Source: Eledone cirrhosa (Eukaryota). From it: a stretch of DNA of 64,000 bases. Where the stretch lies: contig OZ024752.1 in NCBI GenBank assembly GCA_964016885.1, positions 14,136,001-14,200,000 of the forward strand. The letters run 5' to 3'. Each line of letters begins with the position of its first letter. Within the stretch, counting starts at the first letter, position 1. Below the pieces are notes generated by a model, which was not told the origin of the DNA, made no database searches, and worked only from the letters and a program-made list of their open reading frames with translations. Below, one piece after another: positions 54,630-64,000 of the stretch. A program made the position numbers and the translations under genes.

Positions 54630-55236
54630 TGGAAGCTTAGTAACATCGAAGCTTTGGCTGTGGCCGAGAAAAGTCGACCTACATAGGAATGAGTTAGCAA
54701 AGCACTTAATAAGGGTCCTTAGAGTAATAACATACCTTTAAATAGCTTGACAAATTGAACATTGCGGTAGGCAAAACCCAGTCACACAATACCAAAGTAA
54801 TGAAAGAACTAACAGGTTAAAAAGCAGACCTGGACAAGTCGGACGATATTCTGCAATACGTCCGATGTGCTTCTATGAATCCAAAATCATTTATCCAACT
54901 TACGGAACACGTAAGCTTATGGTATTCCATGATCGAACAGGGGATTTATTTCACCAATAGGTATTCCGTTCAACTGCCTCAAACTGGTGCGAACAAACTA
55001 AATGCGACCGCTACAGAAGGCAGCCTTCAAACATTTCGTTGTCACCTGTTATTTCCAACAATGGAAGCAAACCCCTGTTTTTGCCGGGTAAATAACAAAG
55101 TGTTAACAAAGGAAATAATATTCCGCTCAACATTCCGAATAAAAGATCTCAACCAGATGTTATTAAACAAACACAAATAATTAACCAATCAATAGAATTG
55201 TCTAATTAAATTAATTAGTTAATTATTAAATCTAGG
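54630..55236 (-). mobile_element. Diverged copy of the 63324-63978 element
   Basis: Reverse-complement blocks: gagttagcaaagcact..agagtaataacata, caataccaaagtaa..agaactaa, caaataattaaccaatcaa.agaattgtcta. Confidence 0.7.
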
Positions 55237-55921
55237 AGAATATATATTTATTAAAATAACAGATACAGTTTAAGAATCGTTGCTTTCACTCTTTGTTTAA
55301 ACTTTAATCTGTTATTTAAATAAATATTTGCTCTAAGGTTCTTATATGTTTGATATATATTTATCCTTATCGAGCCCTCTTTGGATTTTAGTCTTCACAT
55401 TTATTATTATCTATATGATAAAGCTGATGGCCGTATATATATAACAATCTTTTCGCCAAACGGCTGGAACAAACAGCACCAAATGTGCACCATAGATGTA
55501 ACTTTTCCCAAGTAAGAAAGTGAGGGTATTTTTGTCTTCTGAATTTCGTTAAAAGATTAAAGATATTTTATCGTTTATTGAAATAATCACTTCTTTAAAA
55601 TTTTCAAATGTCAACACTTCCGGTTATACGACATTCCCCTCTCTTTCTTAGTCTGTATTTTTAGATAGATACATAGCTATAACGCCGCGCCCTTATAATG
55701 TGTCTCTGTATGTCTGGTTGTCTGCATTTGATCCATAGCTATGACGTCGCACGCTTATAATATGTCTGTCTTCACGAACCAAAGTATCGCCTTCCTGTTT
55801 TCCTTCGGTTGGATGGTTTTTCGAAATATTTACTTCTGCCTTCACAGATTGATTTTTTTAGTTTCAGAAGATCCCGTTAATGATAAAAGCAGTGATTCTT
55901 TGCTTAAACTTTAATCTGTTA

Positions 55922-55959
<38 letters not shown>

Positions 55960-56579
55960 TATATTCGTGTACAGATATATAAACAAACGTATTTATTTCA
56001 CCAAAGCTCAGACGGCTTATCGTCATTGTTACTGCCGATGTGCCACCCCAAATATCCCAGCCTGGCCGCAAGATCAGATTTTCCAGAAGAAAAAAAATAT
56101 TACTAGAGCAACAGAGAGAATAAGCTTCGAGATTACCACCAACAAAGCTCAAGGATCAATCCCTAAAAGTGGATGGCCTTCATCTGGGAAAACTATGCTT
56201 CTCCCATGGGCAATTGTATGTAGGATGCTCTAGGGTGAGCTCGCTGAACAAAAAATATTGTATACTCTGAGGCTCTAACAATGTAATTTATGTATTTTCT
56301 GTTACTTGGAATTTCCATTATGGTTGTACAAATTATTAAAAGTTTGTTAAAAAATGTGTTCCCTGTTCAGCCTTTACTGTTGTAACTATCAATTTTCTTT
56401 AACGTACTGGCTGCTGAACTGGGAAATCCTAAGAACTATTCAAACCCAACATCAGAGCACGTTAACCCACCCCCTCGTTGACTTGAGAGGGCGTGCGGTA
56501 TTTTTGCACTGGATTGGAGGGGGGGGATCCTGAAAAGATAAAATGCCCGCGGCCAGCCGGACAGGCCAATAGTTACTAA

Positions 56580-56637
<58 letters not shown>

Positions 56638-56647
56638 GTTTACATAT

Positions 56648-56678
<31 letters not shown>

Positions 56679-56680
56679 CT

Positions 56681-57588
56681 TGTTTTGAAACGGGTCACTT
56701 TGTGGCTCAATGAAAAGTTAATAAATTAAATAATCAGAGCTATATATCATAAAACATGTATATAGAATCATCAGATAAAATATATACCATTTCCTCTCCC
56801 AATTAGCATAATTACCTATATAAAATATCGAATAGACCAGGCTATAAGAATAAGGCTTCTATGATGAAATCTCCAACAAATAACCGAAACTAGCCCTTCG
56901 CATCGGCTGCGACGGAATATTTATCGAGTATTTCGACAGCGTAATCGCCCAGCTATACAGTCAATTAAACAGAATTAGGTGTAAAATAAACTAGGAGAAA
57001 AGAAAATACATTTATATACCTCTACCATGGTTTCGTCCGTATTTTGAGATTTCCAATATCTTCGGAAACTCGAGCATCGGACTCTTTACGAGTTTGCTCT
57101 AATCTAGACAATAAATTTTCCAAAGTGATCGCGCCAAGAATACATTCAAAAATGGCTAAGAATCGTGACGTAGCAGCGGTCAGGTTGGAAGGAGTGTGGT
57201 AGTTGCTTACGGCTGGTAGCTTTTTGCTAGAAAGCACAGCACAATAGAGCCAAATTTGTATCTCAACCTAATGGGAGATTATTACATATAAAGGTTTACA
57301 TATATATATACATATATACATATACGTGTTTTGCAACGGGTCACTTTGTGGCTCAATGAAAAATTAATAAATTAAATAATCAGAGCAATATATCATGAAA
57401 CATGTCTATCGAATCATCAGATAAAATATATACCATAGTTTCGGTTATTTGTTGGATATTTCTTCATAGAAGCCTTATTCTTATAGCCTGGTCTATTCGA
57501 TTTTTTATATAGTTAATTATGCTAATTGGGAGAGGAAATGGTATATATTTTCTCTGATGATTCTATAGACATGTTTTATGATATATAT
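56681..57588. mobile_element. Non-coding element with direct (56681-56790/57327-57436) and inverted (56741-56892/57436-57588) repeats
   Basis: Repeats read directly; PLE-like tandem+inverted architecture; (TA)n flanks. Confidence 0.7.
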
Positions 57589-57919
57589 GGCCATCAATGT
57601 GATCATAACATTAAATGCTAAATTGTTCCTGAATGTGTAGCTTATATTTTGCATTTCTTTCGGACTTTGAATTATCCCTTTTGTGACATTATTAAGAGCA
57701 AAACGTCTTCTTCTGACAAATCTAATGGCTACAATACTAGGCTAGTATATAAACCTCGTGTATTCCTCTGTTGAAGTATCAAATATACCTAAAGGACGAA
57801 ACAGTGTGTAAGGAATATATTTTGTTATTACAAGTCTTGCTTTCTCCACCATATATTTCTGATTATATATATATATAGCAAAGAGGAGCTGCTAAGCTAC
57901 CAGGTGGACCATTACGCAC

Positions 57920-58066
57920 AATCATCATCATCATACGTCCGCTTTACCCTGCTTGCAAGGGTGGGTCGGGTCCCGTTCAACACAATATCTCTCCACTTGT
58001 CACAGTCCTTCGCCATCTCTTCCGTGAGCTTCAGCGATCTGAGGTCTGCTCTCACCACCTCTGCCG
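57920..58066 (-). pseudogene. RTE LINE 3' end with (GAT)n tail
   Basis: EVVRADLRSLKLTEEMAKDCDKWR...TRPT followed by gatgatgatgat. Confidence 0.75.
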
Positions 58067-58070
58067 ATGC

Positions 58071-58101
<31 letters not shown>

Positions 58102-58359
58102 TAGTTAAAAGAAAAGAGGTGTATCACACAAGTTATTATATATTGGTAAACGGAATAGAAAATGCTGACAAATTGTTCACAGTTGAAAAATGGTTTAATT
58201 AGGAATAAAAGAGTATTAGTGATTGTATGGGTTAGTATTCAGTTGTGGTTTTAAGTTTTTAAGTTTTTACCGGTTGCGCATTTCTAAATGCTTTTCAAAA
58301 ATAATTTTGAGATAGAGTGTCCGTGCTGTTTGCTCTGATCTGATTAGTTTTGGGAATTC

Positions 58360-58598
58360 TACCTGTTTTTATGTTAAAAAAGTGGCTCCAGCGTTATTTT
58401 TGTGTTGCAAAAATGCTTGTGGTCAAAACAATTTTGATTGGTCGGTAGAGGTCATGTGAGTGTAAAAAGTTGATTTTGCGCCAAGACTGTTTTTATGTTA
58501 AAATGTTAAAAAAGTGGCTCCAGCAAAAATTCTTGGTCAAAACAATTTTGATTGGTCGGTAGAGGTCATGTGGATAAAAAATTGGTTTTGCGCCAAGA
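58360..58598 (+). repeat. ~100-130-bp tandem duplication
   Basis: atgttaaaaaagtggctccagc..ggtcaaaacaattttgattggtcggtagaggtcatgtg..gcgccaaga occurs twice. Confidence 0.85.
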
Positions 58599-58644
58599 TT
58601 GAGAAATGACTCTTTCACAACAAATATGTGTGTGTGTGTGTGTA

Positions 58645-58697
<53 letters not shown>

Positions 58698-58709
58698 AGT
58701 AGTAGTAGT

Positions 58710-59754
<1,045 letters not shown>

Positions 59755-60665
59755 GTTGACATAGACGTGAGGGAAGGTCCCTCGATCTATTTACCATCTA
59801 TTTACAATATTCCTTTCGTCAGGTCGCCAATTCCAGCAGCATGGATTAAAGATGTTATTGAGACACGAGTAACATAATAACGACTTCAACCGCAGTAATT
59901 AGAGATGAAATGTTTGTTTATTTATATGGTTGAAGTTACAGATAAAAAGCGGTTACAATAGGGAATGTGCCATTGCGCCGTTAAGCCGGCGAGGCTAGGG
60001 GTGCAATATCTCACTGCTACATTATGCGTGTTGCTGGCTCGAAGTTTCTGGTACCAGAGCGAGATTCTTCAAATCTTCGCGGTGAATTTCTTCCTCAGGG
60101 CGCGTAGGGAAACATCCTCTTCTACTGGCGCTGATTGGCTGAACTGAGCCAAATCACGCACAGAGAATGTATGTGAGCCCGCGGAATGTAGGTCACTACA
60201 TCACCTCCAACCAGATTTTCAGCCGAAAATCGATAACGAAGAAACCAAGGACTCACATATTAAATCAGCAAGAACAAATGCTGAAAGAGCACATCAGTGA
60301 AAAAAATAATTGAGCAGAAGGTTGCATGCAAAAACAAAAGATGAGGCGCTACGGGCCGTGTTGAGCCGCTGTGTCAAATGACCAGTTGTTTTGTTGTTTA
60401 TACGTGACCGCCAAAGGTCTAACAAAAAACGGATAAAGTCTGACATGGGCGAAGTTGATGTTCTTGCATTAAATGTTAATGGTAAGCGTTAATGGTGTTG
60501 TACAGAGACAGCCACTGGAAAGCCGACTGATCACACGCCAGATACCAGCCTCTGTACAACACCATTGTTTGTGCTACATCAAAAAATAAACGTATATGTC
60601 ATCTCTAATTTCTGCTGTTATTATGTCACTCGTATCTCGATAACATCTACAACTAACACTGCTAA

Positions 60666-61815
<1,150 letters not shown>

Positions 61816-61929
61816 TTGCAAAAAATGAAAACGAAATTTCATTTCTCACTCTTAGTATGGCACTTACTTAAATGTAAGTATGTATGTATACGTACGTACA
61901 TATATGTATACAGACGTACAGTAGCATAC

Positions 61930-61962
<33 letters not shown>

Positions 61963-62188
61963 CATATATATACATATATACATACAGGTACACATACATA
62001 TATGCACGCATCAGTTTAGCGGACGTTTATTACAACGCCGCTTTGTTCGTTTGTTTGTCAACAAACTGACACCCGGTATGCCTGACCGATTTAACTCCCT
62101 CAATATGCAAATTAGGCTGCTCAGCCGTTAATTTTCATAAGGAAAGTATATACTTTCGAACGTTCAACTATCTGGCAGATGGGTAAAC

Positions 62189-62227
62189 GGTGCTGATGAT
62201 AGCTAACAAGCTTGAAACTAGTACATC
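62189..62227 (+). ncRNA. Type I minimal hammerhead ribozyme
   Basis: ggtg-CTGATGA-t-agct-aaca-agct-t-GAAA-ctag-TA-catc; palindromic actagt stem III. Confidence 0.8.
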
Positions 62228-62694
62228 CTTCCTGTGTCAGTGTTGAACAAAAAAGTGACGTGGTTGCCTTAACACCGTATGGCATAAATTCAGGCTGTTC
62301 AGTTTGTTGACAAACAAACGAACAAAGCAGCGTTGTAATAAACGTGCGCTAAACTGATGCGTGCATATATGTATGTGTACCTGTATGTATGTGTACCTGT
62401 ATGTATATATGTATATATATGTATATATATATATATATATGTATGTATATATGTGCATGCTACTGTACGTCTGTATACATATATGTATGTACGTATACAT
62501 ACATACTTACATTTAAGTAAGTGCCATACTAAGAGTGAGAAATGAAATTTCGTTTTCATTTTTTTCAACTTATCGTTTTCGGTATGCCTGACCGATTTAA
62601 CTCACTCAATATGCAAATTAGGCTGCTCAGCCCTTAATTTTCATAAGGAAAGTATATACTTTCGAACGTTCAACTATCTGGCAGATGGGTAAAC

Positions 62695-62733
62695 GGTGCT
62701 GATGATAGCTAACAATCTTGAAACTAGTACATC
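62695..62733 (+). ncRNA. Type I minimal hammerhead ribozyme (second copy)
   Basis: Same as 62189 with one stem II mismatch. Confidence 0.75.
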
Positions 62734-63124
62734 GTTCCTGTGTCAGTGTTGAACAAAAAGGTGACGTGGTTGCCTTAACACCGTATGGCATAAATTCAGG
62801 CTGTTCAGTATACATATATGTGTATATATACACATATATGTATACTTAAATTTTTATAGCACAATGAGAATGTTCTCCGTGTGAAATAGGGGTTTGCAGA
62901 GTTGATCACGTAAATTCACATCGATGTTTGTAGTTATCATATAAACATATGAATTTTTAAAACTAGACATAAGATCATTACTTTTCACACATTATGGATA
63001 CGTGTCTCATTCAGGAATACTGATATTTACATTATAGTGCCTGGTTTTTATACGAACTAATATTTCTACATTAAAACATAGGGTTTTTAAATTCTGCCTC
63101 GCCTATGTCTGGTTACATATGACT

Positions 63125-63290
63125 ATATATAAACAACTATCTGGTTGTGGAACCAACCAACCAAACAGAAATTTATAAGTTTGTAAATTTGTAAATTTAT
63201 AAATTTATAAATATATAATAAATTGAAGTGAAAGCAACTGGTGCGTGTGTTTCTTATTGGCAACATGACCCTCCCAAAGTATAACAATAT
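63125..63290 (+). mobile_element. pLTR tail of the 40.6-kb PLE family
   Basis: Colinear with 41897-42050; a more decayed copy lies at ~12680-12765. Confidence 0.85.
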
Positions 63291-63323
63291 ATATACATAT
63301 ATATATATATACATATATCAACT

Positions 63324-63978
63324 TATGTTATTACTCTGATGTCCTATCTTATCGGGTCCTTTGCTAACTCATCATTTCATATAAGTAGACCGAATTTACT
63401 TGCAAACCGCCAGAGATTCGATTTTACTGATTTCTAATTATATTATTCTCCTAGAGTTAATAATTAACTAATTAATTCAAATAGACAATTCTGTTGATTG
63501 GTTAATTATTTGAATGAGCCGCCTAAAACCGGGGCTTATTTCCCTTGCCGGAATTAACACGTGATAACTATAGATGCGATTAGCAGCCATATCGAGCAGA
63601 AGCATATAATTTATCATTCCGGTCCTAGGCAGAACGAAAAGCTGTTGATAAACTGAATCCTCCGTTCGATCACCAATACCATGAGCTTCCCATTCACGTG
63701 AGTCTGATATTTGATTTCGATTTCAAAGAAACACTTTAAACGATTGTTCGTTTGATTTGTCCAGGTGTACTTTTCTTAACCTGATTAGTTCTATCGTTAC
63801 TTTGGTATTTATTGTGTGTTAGTTTCGCCTACCACAATGTTCGATTTGCAAGCTACTAAAACGTATGTTATTACTCTGAGGTCCTATCTTATCGAGTGCT
63901 TTGCTAACTCATCATTCCATGTAAGTAGGCCGAATTCGCTTGCAAACCGCCAGAGATTCGATTTTACTGATTTCTAAT
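63324..63978 (+). mobile_element. Small non-coding element with 115-bp direct terminal repeats (63324-63438/63864-63978)
   Basis: Repeat offset 540 bp; (TA)n on both sides. Confidence 0.8.
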
Positions 63979-64000
63979 ATATATATATATATATATATAT

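Noticed and set aside
60508-60549. HHR inside the 17-bp hairpin (CTGATCA...GATA)
   Set aside because: Core deviates at several invariant positions and stems do not form.

Overview
AT-rich, microsatellite-dense eukaryotic DNA that looks intergenic or intronic. The SINE families and repeat landscape resemble an octopus (coleoid cephalopod) genome; this is an inference. I recognise no host protein-coding exon, and almost all ORF-track entries are translations of (TA)n/(CA)n repeats. Identifiable content: (1) Penelope-like elements (PLEs): an RT fragment at 4.5-4.9 kb and two 5'-truncated GIY-YIG copies with inverted pLTRs at 16.7-19.8 kb and 40.6-42.1 kb. (2) About 16 complete or near-complete type I hammerhead ribozyme (HHR) motifs from about 8 sequence families. 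Many lie in short non-coding fold-back or tandem-repeat elements set in (TA)n tracts. They include a U3-A8 covariant core (20463-20556) and a retrozyme-like double-HHR unit with a 506-nt period (61.8-62.8 kb). (3) A decayed hAT transposon (27.7-30.6 kb), a decayed R4/Dong-like RLE LINE (47.3-50.9 kb), RTE 3' fragments, about 20 tRNA-derived SINEs of two families, and MITEs. (4) A tandem segmental duplication (31.7-42.8 kb) carrying a 23-bp satellite and a 95-bp minisatellite built from SINE heads. All structures and alignments were read by eye; boundaries are approximate unless motif coordinates are given.
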